Shown: positions 1 to 16,172 of the stretch, piece after piece | Layout: each line of letters opens with the position of its first letter | Numbering within the stretch: position 1 is the stretch's first letter | Translations under genes and position numbers: made by a program | Notes under the pieces: generated by a model | Databases searched by the model: none | Told to the model about the DNA's origin: nothing | What the model saw: the letters and a program-made list of their open reading frames with translations, nothing else | Source of the DNA: Vezdaea acicularis | Lineage: Eukaryota | Assembly (NCBI GenBank): GCA_026025075.1 | Contig: JAPEUI010000023.1 | Location: 1-64,000, forward strand | Length of the DNA: 64,000 nt | Direction: 5' to 3'

Positions 1-2085
1 GAACGACCCTGAATAAGCCTCAATCTGATTCGGCCGAGAGAGGAGAGGGGAGGGGGGGGGGGGGAAATCTCGCGTGCCGAGAGGGTCTCTCCCGCTTGGC
101 TCCATTTCCCAACGCCGGCACCGACTCGTTTCACCACGCGCGCCGCCGAGATGACCGGAGCCCGTGGCGAGAGACGACGACGAGGCAGAGATGCTTGCTA
201 ACTCGTCCGTTCACTTCTTCATATGCTCGACTTTCCTACGGCTCCCCTTGTTGGTACCTGGACTCTGGACTGCTGGAGAAATGAAATGCGGATACCGTCC
301 GCAAGGACATGGTTCGCCCTTGCCCTCGCCCTCGCCCTCGGCCCACTACCCGCGGGAGAAACCCTGAATGGCAGGGACCAGAGAGGTGCGTGCACGGTTG
401 CTCCTTCCCGCCTCGTCACTGAACAATACAAACGAGAAGAGAGGACCCCGGCTTCCGTGAGAAAAAACGAACTTCATGCTCGTTGCTGCTCCACATTGCT
501 CCTTTATCAAGCCACAATAGTTCCGTCTGTTTCAAGGTCTTGAAGAGCTTGAAATGTGGAAGGCGTGAACACGTGTGCTTGCCTGCTGTTTTCGTTCTCG
601 TTGATAAGTGTCCCTCTTTGAGCATAACCGATGAGAAGGTCGGCCTCATGGAGGGTTGGCAAGAGGCAGCCCCCCATAAACGGGACAAGAAAAAGCGATC
701 CCTCCTTCGTCCTTGAGTCCCTCCATCCCAGAAGCCATTGATGGACTGAACTGGAGGGCTCTCCGAAATGACGACGGGGCCTCTTCTTGGCTCTGGCCCT
801 GACTCCCGGCCGAATAAGCGCCCTAAACTCGGGGGAAAGAAGAGACCAAGCCCCCAGTCCTAATCTTGCTCGATCTCCGCCTTTTCCTGAGCTTCATTCG
901 CAACGGCCGTCTGACATCGAACATCGGAGCAGCAAATCAGCGCCCAGACGTCTTTTTGAAGTTATAGACTTTCCAGTCTCGGTGCAAAAAGGTGAGCTCT
1001 AAGGAGGCCTCTCTCCGCGTGTTATATATATACATATATACATAGAGGTGGTTTAATATCGTTTCGGACGGCTCCTCGGGGGTTGAGGCTAGTTAGTATT
1101 GTCGTGCGAAGGGCGTCGAGGCTTTGAACTCTGGAAGAAGTTCGGCCGTTCGGCCGTTCGCCTGGAAGCTTTGGTCTTTTGATGCGTACGGAAACGTCGG
1201 TACATGTCAGCAATGTCGTGATGTAACGTGGTAAGTCATGCAGATGGCATACAATGTCCTTGTATCAGCAAGAAGCGGCTTCTCCCTCCGTAGTAGGACG
1301 CGCTGGAACCTCGAAAGACGAGGGAACAAAGGGGACTTTCGTCGTGCTTTTGACGACGCTCTTGGACCTTAGACGCACCCAATGAACCCAACGCTCTTCT
1401 CACAAATTTGGCGATACGGCAAGAACGGGACGCAGCTTGGCTCTACTGGGCACCTCCGTACTCTAATATACATCAAAAGAATGCCACGAAACCACTCTTT
1501 ATCCCATACACATCGTGCCATAGCAAGACCTGGACGTAGAACAGGCGTACTGGAGTCTACACACTTTAATATATCTTCAAAAAAACGTAAAGACACCCTT
1601 TCAAATTTGATGGATGCGCTCCGACGCAACTTCACCCAGCTCATCTCACACCGTCAGCCCAGAGAGCAGTATGCCTTACGTCGTAAGCACAAGGTGACCA
1701 TCTACCTGTACTCCCTCCTCCTATCTTTATTCAAGACCTATCGAGCATTCGACCGGGATTGAGCATTCGGCGCTTCCTACACCCCCCTCCCTTCTTGTTC
1801 GGCGTGGGAGAAAGGGGTGATGCTGTATATACAGACACATACGCCACCACCACCTCTTATACTACTGCCCCAATCAACTGTAGAGCAGGAGCGTGACCTA
1901 CCCCAACGTTTCCTCCTATCTCCTGGTGGGGTTACGTGAGGTTTTCTTCACTGTGGTGTAGGGATGGGACGCAGGTCTGAGGAGGGGTGAGAAGGGGGTG
2001 TGATATCGTTGTAGTGTACATTATACGATCCTCTTCCTCCTCCGCATCCCCATCATATCCAATACACATACAAACGCATACGAGC

Positions 2086-3246
2086 TCAAGCGCCGGACGC
2101 ATCCCCACGCTTCCCCATCTCCTTTCCGCCCTGCGCATCACGCATCCGGCGTAACCTCTCCTCCGCCGCTCGAGCCAACACCTCTCTCCGACTGACGCTC
2201 CCCTCCGCCTGCTGTCCGCCAACTACCCCCTGCCCGGCCACAGCAGCCGTCGCGGGCCCGCTGCCACTGCCGCCGCCACCAAGCACGAACTCGCCCCCCG
2301 TCCACCCCCCGCCATCATGCCACTCCTCGTCGTCCTCATCCTCGGGGCCTACGGGCCCGACCTCCAGCCCATCCCCACCGACCATCCGGCCCCGCGCCCC
2401 CTTCCAATCCGCGCCCTCGACCTCCTTCTCAATCTCGCGACACAGCTTCCAGAAACGCGCATCATGCTCGCCCCACACGTTATGCGCGAGCTCATGACAG
2501 AGCGTGCGGCGGATGGTCTTGTAATCGCGGTAGCCGTCGCCGGCATCGGTTCTGAGGCGGAGCTCGATGACTTCGCCGCGATTCCTGTTGAGGCCGAGGG
2601 TGCGTCCTTCGTGGGTGGTGTGTGCGGCAGGGTCCATTTCGGTGAGGAGGGGGACGGCGAAGCGGTGGGCGCGCATGACGGATTTGATGCCGGGGTCGTC
2701 GCGGAGGCGGGCGAGGAAGGCGAGGGAGCGGTCTGGGTGGGGAAGGTTGGGGAGGGGGCGGAGGGTAGAGAAGGTGTAGAGGGCTTCGTCGTGGAGTCTG
2801 CGGGAGTCGATGTGGCGGGATGGGCGGTGGGAGGGGTTGGCGCGGCGGCCGCGGCGGCGGGCGGCGCGGTCCATGTTTTCGGCGATGATGGCGTTCATGT
2901 TGTCGAGTTGGGAGGCAGTGGAGCCGAGGGCGACGATGCGCTTGGAGGTGAGAGAGGTGAGGGGGAGGGCGGCGTGGGAGGGGGAGAGGGGCGGGCGGAC
3001 CATGCCGAGTTTGGGGGTGATGAGGAGTTTGAGGGAGGTGGGGGAGATGGACAGGTCGTTGATGAGGGTGGAGAGGAGGTCGGTGAGGGTCGAGGATGGA
3101 GGGAAGAGGTAGGTGTGCGGCTCGGACTGGCGGTGGACGGTTATTTCGATATCGTCGTCGGCGGTGGTGGCGGAGACGGAGCAAGGAGAGGAGGGGCGGG
3201 ATGGCGGGGCGGAATCGCTGGGTTCGATCGTGGCAGGTTCTGCCAT
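2086..3246 (-). CDS. WLM (Wss1-like) zinc metalloprotease with probable N-terminal ubiquitin-like region
   Basis: Intronless 386-aa ORF with LGLNRNRGEVIELRLRT and the HELAHNVWGEHD (HExxH) motif typical of WLM domains. Confidence 0.9.
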   Translation of the reverse strand: MAEPATIEPSDSAPPSRPSSPCSVSATTADDDIEITVHRQSEPHTYLFPPSSTLTDLLSTLINDLSISPTSLKLLITPKLGMVRPPLSPSHAALPLTSLTSKRIVALGSTASQLDNMNAIIAENMDRAARRRGRRANPSHRPSRHIDSRRLHDEALYTFSTLRPLPNLPHPDRSLAFLARLRDDPGIKSVMRAHRFAVPLLTEMDPAAHTTHEGRTLGLNRNRGEVIELRLRTDAGDGYRDYKTIRRTLCHELAHNVWGEHDARFWKLCREIEKEVEGADWKGARGRMVGGDGLEVGPVGPEDEDDEEWHDGGGWTGGEFVLGGGGSGSGPATAAVAGQGVVGGQQAEGSVSRREVLARAAEERLRRMRDAQGGKEMGKRGDASGA

Positions 3247-3906
3247 GGTCGTTGTGTGAATGAGGGGCTAGTCGTGTTCGTAAGAAAGAAACGGTGTGTT
3301 TGGGGTGGGGACTCCCGGATGAGGTTGTTGATGAGGTGAAGTGAGATGGAGGGTTGGGTGTTCGTCATGTTGCCTTTTCTGCTTTGTCTCGCGGTTTTGT
3401 CAGCAGCTTCGGAACCTTCTACGGCTCGGACCATTTTTCGGGCCGGCACGCGCTGACGACGGATTACCTCCACCACAGCCAATATAACCCGCTACAGTTC
3501 CCCAGTAGTTTCTCTCCAGTTTTTTTGAAGCTCACGTCATTCGTTTTTCTCATGTCTTCGTTAATATTGTTGGAACGAAGCGGGATCAAATAACCTGCAT
3601 TCACTATTTACGCTCCTCCTCCGTTGCAGCCATGAAAGCAAAGCTCGTGAAACCCTGACTCGTCCTCCCACGCAGATTCACCAACTACCACCACCCTTCG
3701 TCAATAACCAGGTATTCAGAAAAAGAGTCATTTCTAGTAGTTCGTGCAATGCTACAAGAGGCCGCCCGTCCGTCCACATATCACCTGTCGCCGAGCCAGA
3801 CCAAGCCATCCCATGACTAAATTTTGGGAGAGTATGCATACCCACAGAAGTGAAAAGGGCGGTTTTTATTTACATCGTCGAGTCGTGAAAGGGATTTCAA
3901 AGGGAC

Positions 3907-8106
<4,200 letters not shown>

Positions 8107-8889
8107 TGCTTAAGCTGTCCACAGCAGGATTATCGTCAAGTCCGCGGTCTAGCTGAAGGTTTGATGTTGTAGGTGACCCTTGCAGGTGTTCGAGATGCTC
8201 GGTACTCGCTCAAGAGAGGGGGAGTCAACGAGCGACAGCGTCCACTCTCCTTGAAAGCCTCACTTCTGGCCGTTTCTGGGTGGAAGCACACAAAAAGGAG
8301 ACTCATGTGCGAAGCTCTTTCACTGTAAACGAGTGGCCTTGGACTACCGTAAGGAAAGGATGATTTTCGTGAGGGACGATGACGGTTCGACGATGGCTCT
8401 GCACGAGGTTGAAGTCGTTCGAGGCCGGAGATCATTCGCTAAACGGGCATTGAAAGGACGCTAGTGAGCGCCAAAATTACGCACTGCATCATCTTCCCCA
8501 CGAGTAAGCGGACAAGGATCACCGAAACACATCAAATTGTCCGGTGCGCCCTCCTGAGGCTACGAATGCAGGCACGAACCACCGTATCTGGGGTGTATGT
8601 GTTCATCAGCTATATCACATGATCCGTTGCTGAGCCTGAGTCTCAAGTGCGGCTGCTTCGGATCTCACGATGAAGCAACAGGCAATCAACAGGACGAACG
8701 GCTCTGACTATGTTATGTGGCTATCAGTAGAAGGTGACGGAGATTTAGGCATTCTGTAGATTTTATGCAGATGCGGGTACCTAATAAGTGGGACGATGAT
8801 AAAGATTTAGGAATCTGCTTCGTTCACTCTCAGCTCTGTCGACCTCGCGACCGAACGTCCCAGCCTATCACACGATGTTTCACACACAA

Positions 8890-9312
8890 GCAGTGACACC
8901 TTTAGATGGATAGATTATCTGTGGGATGGGAGCATTACAAGACGATAGAATACCATCAGCATATATGTCCAGGGTCTTCCTGGTGGCGCGATGCGATGGA
9001 ATAGATCTTCACTAGATGTCCCATAGCGCGCCTTGTCACCTTGTGTCCGAAGCCGCCGCTGGGGATCCAAGGTTACATCGCGAGAGGCAGTGTGGGACCC
9101 TGTCCGATTTGGAGATGCAACGAAGGTCCCCGAGGACCCGGTTCGGAGGCCGTCAAGGCTTTGGGATGGCTCTTCGCCTAATCGGGGGTCAGCTCCCATT
9201 TCTACAACGTCTCACCGCCTGCGGATCTAGCCTCTCAGATCGTGAGGCTGGACTTCACCATCAGGGCGTGATGCGACAACGCCGTGCAGATCCGGGCTAA
9301 GAAGTAAATCTC
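8890..9312 (+). ncRNA. Candidate structured non-coding RNA of unknown class (boundaries approximate)
   Basis: Long-range helix 8920-8933/9192-9206 encloses several hairpins; a three-way junction follows at 9219-9289. G-U pairs work only on the + strand. No recognisable ORF. Confidence 0.45.
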
Positions 9313-9720
9313 AACGAATCACATTCATTTGCGGCTCGCTATGATGGCATGCAGGCTATTCCTTGCGCCAACCCGCCCCCTGATACATACAAAGCCGTAG
9401 CAAGAGGAGATAGTGATCAACAAAGTGTCGCAATGCTCCGCTCGATATGCATGGGACGGTTTGACAAATGCTCCAGGCTTCAGATGAAAAAGAAACCCTG
9501 ATTGCCAGAGATGCAATGCAAAGATGAACGCTTGAGAAATATAGACATGCCCGCTTTTGCTTTTCCGAATGAGATCCTTCTTGGTCGTAGCTAGGCCACC
9601 GAGGTGACCGAGCGTGCCTATGTTAGCAACCAGCCCTTGTGGATATCTTTGATACCTTAGTCGACAAATTTGCCAGGCTTCGATGATTCAGGGAAATCGT
9701 TAGCCGAAGCAATCGGTAAT

Positions 9721-11381
9721 TTAGGATTGTTCCGAACGACGTGGGGTTTCTCCGCCACGACTGCCACGTCCTCGTCCACGACCGCGAAATCCGGGGTCGC
9801 CGGGCGAGCCGCGATTCCCTCGATAACCTCCACGCCCTCTGTAGCCTCCACCCTCTCCTCTATCTCCTCTGTGCCCACCACGGCCTCGGAAGCCTCCGCG
9901 ATGCTCGCCGTTGTAGTTGCCACGTCCTGAGCCGCGAGAATGGCGAACCTCATGGAAGCCGTCATTGGAGTTGGCGTTGGCAGAGGAAGTCCTTGGTAGG
10001 GAAGTGGCTGGTTCGGCCTCCACGGTTGGTTGGTCGTCGGCCCAGCTCTGTGTGCCGCTCGCAGCAGCAGTCGTGGCAGCAGGTCCGGTCTCTATCTCTG
10101 AAGGATCACGAGCAACCTTCACCCATCCCTCAGGCCCCTCGATAGACGTCGACATCTTTGAATCCCAGTGGCTCTCTGCAGCAGCGTTGGCAGCCCCGGA
10201 GTCGATGCCAGTCTGTTGTGGAGCGTATGGTGGAGGAGCTTCCTCAGCAGTTCCGTTAACTACCGGGGCTTCATTAATCTCAGTAAGACTGGCGTGTGCC
10301 ACGGTAGGATCCGTTACGGGTACAGAGTCCGAAGGCTCCAAAGGAGGCGAGGGAAGGTACGCATCAGAGGACTCTTCTTGAGGAGGGGGGATTGCGTTGT
10401 AACTCATCGACGCTTGTTTTACTTGAGCAACTGGAAACGAATAAGTAAACACGTCACATTGATAGGACGCCATAGCGAGATTATAGATGGGGACTTACAA
10501 GTGAAGTCGAGCACCTCCTCACCATCTGTATACATCACACGGTCGTCAGACTCGTAAAAAAGTTTATTCATAGCCTCGACAGCGGTTTCGTCGCCAGCAT
10601 AAACCATGAGCAATAATCCTTCAAAAGCCTTGTTCTCGGGCAAGCCAGCATTGGCCTCATCCATACGTTTAGCTGCTGCTGCTCGCAAGAATTTAGAGAG
10701 GATCAAGAGGTTAGCGTCGTGTCTAGTATTCGCGGCGGCCGTAGCCTCATCTCTGACTTCTTCTTTGGCTTTCTCTAGCGCAATCTTCTCTTCTTTATGA
10801 GCAGCCTTCAGAGCAGCTTTCTCAGCGTCCAAGCGTTGTTGATACTCGTGGTCGAACTTTTTATATTGGGCGATCTGTTCCTCCAATTGGGCAAGGGAAG
10901 CTTGGAGGGATGGTTTCTTGAGGACCTGAGCTTTCTGATCATTGTTAATCTTGCGTGCCGAGATTAGTTGATCGAGACTCTGCCCAGGGTGCTCAGCAAC
11001 GAGAGCTTCAACCTTTGAAGCGGCTGTCTAAGGGATCGTCAGCTTCTGTAGTCTGTATGCACAAGGCACGAAGGAGCACTCACTATTTTCTTGTTGACAT
11101 TGCGTATATTCCTGCGAAGAAGTTAGGAACCAATACTATGGGATAGAGCACACTAGATCTAAGAAGCCCTACTTATAGAGTTCCTTAATATATGGGCTTT
11201 CGTAGTCCTTTCCATCTGCACCATTCGTGTGAGCCTCATGGGCGACGGAGCCGTCCTCGACAGTCGGTGTGGACGCGCCCGCACTTGAAGCCTTAGCTTC
11301 AGCCTCAGCTTTAGCTTTTTTCTTTCGCGCGCTTCGAGACTCAGAAGCCGTGGGAGGGTTCGGAGAGACAACAGCAGACAT
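9721..11381 (-). CDS. YAG7-like / caprin-like coiled-coil protein with C-terminal RGG region
   Basis: Spliced MSAVVSPNPP...ESPYIKELYK|NIRNVNKKI|TAASKVEALVAEHPGQSLDQLISARKINNDQKAQVLKKP...; RGG repeats in the last exon. Confidence 0.75.
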
Positions 11382-11946
11382 TCTCGTAGGATACTCTAGT
11401 GGAGCTTCAGAATTTGCGGTTGAGCTGAAGCAATTCAGTGAAGGTAAGAGTGAATCGCCCAGCAAAGAATTGGGATTGGAAAGTATGACAATTGAATACG
11501 GGAAAGGAGATAGTGAAAGCACAACAATTGCGCAGGGAATGTCCGGATTCTTAAGGTTTGAGTCAAAAGACGTTTGGACAGCGCGCTCGCCTAGAAATTG
11601 GACGGTTGCTGGCAAGTGAGCGCCCAGAACAGCCCGCGGATTCCAGTAGAAAGTGACAGAAGGGTGTGTGACTCATGTATAATATTTACATCAAAATTTA
11701 GGGTCAAGTTTTGCACGTATGTCTCCTGTATTGTATATAGAATTTACGTCTTCAGAAGTTCGTACGCATTGGGACACAACTCGTGACTGAGTTACGTGCA
11801 TTGAACGCCTTATAACCAAACATGATCATAATTCCAAAGGGTATCTATATCTTGTGCATCTTTTCATCCAACAACCTTCCTAATGGTCGAAATGCCAACG
11901 CCAGAACGCCCTCCTTTAATCGATCTGAGAAGCCGTACCGACAACT

Positions 11947-12396
11947 TCATCCTTTGAATTTGCGTAGGCAATCCTACAGCGCACAAGGTCATCAGAAAGT
12001 GCCTGATTGGTATGATGGAGGAAGTACTTGACTCACGTTTGTGACTTTCCTTACGCTTCTTGCAGATATCCCGCGCTCCCCGGCCTGTTTTGAGTTGATC
12101 GAAGCTTCTCGCAAAAGGCTGTCTAAGAGTTAGAGATCAGGCAGAGATTGGGAATGCCGCTCGACGTGGGGAAAGCTTACTCTTGCACGAAGAGCTCGTA
12201 ATCTAAGAAAACCTAGACATATTCATAAGCAGAGTCAACAAATAGCGCGTAAAGGTCATTGATCCTGTCGTTATCGATCGGAACATGCTAGGACGCGTAC
12301 CAATACGTCCACATTCTTGCTCAGAGGCCGCTTTGAATGAGCCTTGATGATACGTTTGACAGTCCCTCGAGGGTATAACTTTTGTGCCCCCGCCAT
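11947..12396 (-). CDS. Small histone-fold protein, CENP-W-like (78 aa, 4 exons; absent from the ORF track)
   Basis: Exons 12396-12301, 12212-12181, 12118-12037 and 11973-11947 give MAGAQKLYPRGTVKRIIKAHSKRPLSKNVDVLVFLDYELFVQDLLREASINSKQAGERGISARSVRKVTNDCLRKFKG*. Confidence 0.85.
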
Positions 12397-12825
12397 GTTG
12401 ACTGCTGGTTTCTAGAAGTTGATAGATCCGCCTAAGAGGCAAGGGCTGATACTGCTCGGTGTTTTAGGCGCGGGGTCATACAGCAGAATTGAAAGATAGG
12501 TAATGGTTCTGAAGAGCTCAGTATAGCAGTTTCCAGATGCGTTCATCCAATTCTTAGGCAGAGGAGCTAATCGAGCGAGAAGAGTATGGCCATAATTTCT
12601 GTAGTGTAGGTAGTAAACAATGAATTCGGCTGCCGAGAAACCATTGGATGTCGGCTATTTCAAACGAGAAGTGATGGCCATTTGCAGACGAGGGCAGCTT
12701 TTACCGCTCACCGAGATCATGTGAGGACAACCACAATTTTACTGTCAATGAAGATCTAGAGCAAATTGCATGCTATGGCGAGTCTCCAACTCCATCCATT
12801 TATGAACGACGGACTATGAATTCTC

Positions 12826-13563
12826 TTATTCTACAAGCCTTTATCTGCAAATATCATCTTCCGCCTCAAGTGGATGGGCTCAACGTTGGCTGGTGCCCCA
12901 GGAATTGTCTTTTCCAATTTCTGAGTGTGGATTTAGCCTATGTTCTTACATGCTCGGAATGGAATAAATAAGCATACCAGATTATCAAAGACACACTTAT
13001 TTAAGCTCCTCTCTGGTCCTCGGCAGTGCCACAGCTGTTGATTACGGTCGTCTAAGCATTCCCAATGTTTTCGAAACTCTTCTAAGCAGTGTTTATTGAC
13101 ATCGTGAAGTCTGCGGACATATTTAGCATAGCTCCACGGTTTTCATGATTCATGAGTGCAGGCATGTGGCCTGGCTCTGATCTTTATACCCGACTGAAAA
13201 AGTGCTGAGCGCTCTCCAGAACTCCCATGATATGCTGCAAAGGATATTGGACTTACACACTAGCTGCACACCTTGTGACTTTCCGTCCTTCCTTCATGCA
13301 CTCAATCTCTCCTCGCCCATTTGCGTCTGTCTTGCATTTCATGTAGTCATCGTTGAAGGGTCGGCATCGGGCGCCAATGAAGAAGGAAGCACTAAGAAGA
13401 GGCGCCGAACTTGCGCCAATCTCCTTGACTTTAGGAATGCTGTCGGGAAGGGGTGTAGTGTCAATGAGGACTGCTTGATTGAATCTGGACGTTGGTCAGC
13501 AATTGAGTTCAATAATGGGATAGAGCAATCTAATCAATAATACCTAGGCTCTCGCGCCGCCAT
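12826..13563 (-). CDS. NDUFA8: NADH:ubiquinone oxidoreductase 20.8 kDa subunit (NDUFA8 family)
   Basis: Four exons give MAAREPRFNQAVLIDTTPLPDSIPKVKEIGASSAPLLSASFFIGARCRPFNDDYMKCK...KHCLEEFRKHWECLD...; CX9C motifs. Confidence 0.93.
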
Positions 13564-13962
13564 TCTCAATAGCTAGCTATTTACTTGCTATACGTATACT
13601 AGAGGTGCGTCGTAGGAAAGCTGCGCTTAAGCGGTGGTTCCTAAGGACCAGGGCTCGTTACCAGCGATAGAACGGGCTTTGATTGGCCAGTTTGATTTCG
13701 TAGCAAGCGACAGCTTTAGGCAGCGCGACGTTACTATAAAATTTCTAGAACGCGCATAACAAGAATTGAAAATACTCTGCGCGTCAAGAGAGCTTCGCAA
13801 ATCTCTGAAAATCACTCCCTGTGAATATTAGATAAAGACGCCTCTCCCTAATTGCAAGATTCGCTGACCCTTTCGTCCTTGCCTTGACGCGCTTTCCACA
13901 AGTAGGGCGGTTGCTCTGCTCGGCGTCCAAAACTCCACTACCTAATTGTCGATACTGCGAAG

Positions 13963-15215
13963 ATGTCGAGCATCTTCGGGACCGCGGATACGGCGAACCA
14001 AGCTAACAGTGCAACGAGCAAGCCAAGTATATTCGGTTCATTTGGGAGTACTACAACCAATAATCAGCAGCAGCCGAGCAATAGTCTCTTTAGTTCCTTA
14101 GGAAATCAGCAGCAGCAGCCACAACAGCAACCGGGGGGAAGTATATTTGGATCAAAACCACAGACTCAGTCAATATTCGGTGCGTCGCAGAATCAACCTA
14201 AAAATCCTCAACAAGGAGGAGGGTTATTTGGTACCTCCTACCAAGGTCAGCCGCAACAACAACAGCAGCAGCAGCAGGGTCTCCTAAGTCCACCTCAGCA
14301 CAGCTTAGGATCCCAGTCATTATGGCAGCCCAACAATGCGAATCAAAGTATGTACTACCCCAATTGCGAAACGTACCTGAATTAAGACGTCTCCAGGACA
14401 GAAGACTGTACCAGAACAAATGGCACAGATCTACTCAAAGTATGATAAAAACTCTCCCGACTGTGCATTTCAACACTATTTCTACAATAAGGTCCCTGAT
14501 GACCAGGCTGTCTTTTTCCGCCCAAACGATCGAGAGAATCCAGTGAAATGGGAAGATGCATTGAGCAAAAAGCCAGGGAAAGGCTACGTTCCAGTCCTCT
14601 GTGTGGGGTTTGACGAACTGAACGCGAGGATTAAATTACAATCTCAAATGATGAACTCCCTAAATCTAAGGCTCCATGAGATTAACAACAGTCTCACGGA
14701 AATGCTACAAGTACACGATTTGCAAACGGTAGTCCGAATAAAAGACGTCCAGAGGAAGCATGTTCTTTTATCTCAGCGATGTCTGAGCTTGGCGGCCAAA
14801 GTACAGGTCTTAAGAAACAGGGGATATGCAATGGGGAGTGAGGAAGAAGATCTCAAGAAGAGACTCGTTGCCTTAGAGAAGAGTGTTTTCGATCCTGCTC
14901 TAAATGGGAGAGAGGAAGAGATTTGGGCCCGTATGGTAACTCTTAGGGAAAGAGCTAGAGCCTTGGGGGAAGAGATGGATAAGGGCATGGCGGGAGTTGC
15001 GGGCGATCAGCTAGAGGACCTGGATGATGAGACTATGAAGAGAGTCGAGAAGGTTTGTCTCTACTTCAAACGTTAAGAGCTAGTCACTAACGCCAATAAA
15101 GGCCCTAGAGGACTATGCTACCCAGCTTCAGCATTTACAAAGGGAGTTGAATAATATCACGTCGGACTTTAAGGCTTGGGAGTCAAGGTCGGATCCAACC
15201 AAAAATGGTCGGTGA
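13963..15215 (+). CDS. NUP57: Nucleoporin Nup57/Nup54
   Basis: N-terminal SIFG/GLFG repeats, CAFQHYFYNKV...YVPVLCVGF and coiled coil NGREEEIWARM; 3 exons, stop TGA 15213-15215. Confidence 0.92.
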
Positions 15216-15453
15216 TGGAGCATGGGGTTTAACTTTAATCATTGGGTAGTACCCTGATGAGATGCATAGGGAGGGAAGCGCGTTGGGCGTCTGATACACA
15301 CGGGCAAAAAGGCATCAATGGGAGTGACGATAGTTTATTTCGTGCTACCAAAGGTAGTTTTGCAAAGCCTGCGACATGATCTTACTCGACCCGTAGCAAT
15401 CTAGGCTCTCCACATGATGTACAGCATTTGGTTGCTCCCTATGCTAAATACGA

Positions 15454-15860
15454 TCAAAATAACTTCTTGACGTAGTCGATGGCAAAAGGTGCTGTTATGA
15501 ATGTCCATTAGTATGGTAGAGCTTTTTGACATGGAGAATCGTCTCGAGGAACTCGGTTGTAGGGACATACAAAGGTAGAGCACTATAGCGGTCGCGAGGA
15601 CCTGTTGTATTACTACATTTGCCTCTTCTTCTTGGGCCTGTGAGTTTGGTATTATCATCAGCTTCCACGCGCCAAAGATGATGCGGTTGCAGCGAGGCAA
15701 GGTAACGATGCTGATCATGCGACAACGGTAAAGTAGATAGAAGGGGGTAATACGCGTAGCTCAGCTTTACTCGGCGGTGAGGGAGCTGTGAATCGGATAA
15801 GTTAGCTGAGCGAACACGGATTGTAGCAACTAATTATCATGACCTACGTCCGCCAAACAT
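15454..15860 (-). CDS. TOM5: Mitochondrial import receptor subunit Tom5 (4 tiny exons)
   Basis: Spliced MFGGPPSPPSKAELRAQEEEANVVIQQVLATAIVLYLSPFAIDYVKKLF*, matching the fungal Tom5 pattern MFGG...LYLSPF. Confidence 0.88.
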
Positions 15861-16172
15861 CTTGAAGACCGAGCGAGAGGAAGATTTTACTTGTGCTAGA
15901 ACTTAGTTGTTTTCGGCGGAGGAGAAAAGTTCCCTGATATTCAGCCGAGCATCCAGCCGCGCCAAGAAATACTGACCCTTACAAGCGTCACGCTTTGTTC
16001 TAAGAAAGCCACCCACCTTCAATTTTGTCGACTGCTCGTTAGCATTGCAATATGCCTCGATAGATTGGGCTTCACACTTTCTATTTCTCGGTCTTCTCAA
16101 TGACCAAGAGTGCCTTTCACCAGCTCAACACCTCCAACCTTACCTCCAAACCACCTTACAGTCAATCTCAAA

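Noticed and set aside
1..2000. Short ORFs (e.g. 1382-1762), G-run at ~52-64 and TA-rich tract at 1023-1044
   Set aside because: No recognisable protein family or consistent exon chain; treated as intergenic or regulatory.
2317..3339. 340-aa + strand ORF and 230-aa alternative-frame ORF
   Set aside because: Shadow ORFs of the C-rich, high-GC3 WLM protease gene; low complexity with no domain motifs.
8800..9310. HDV or hammerhead ribozyme, RNase P/MRP or SRP assignment
   Set aside because: Only partial motifs (GGCTAAG, CTGATG on the - strand, a GAGAG loop); required partners (P1.1, GAAA, CR-I/P4, SRP helix 8) not found.
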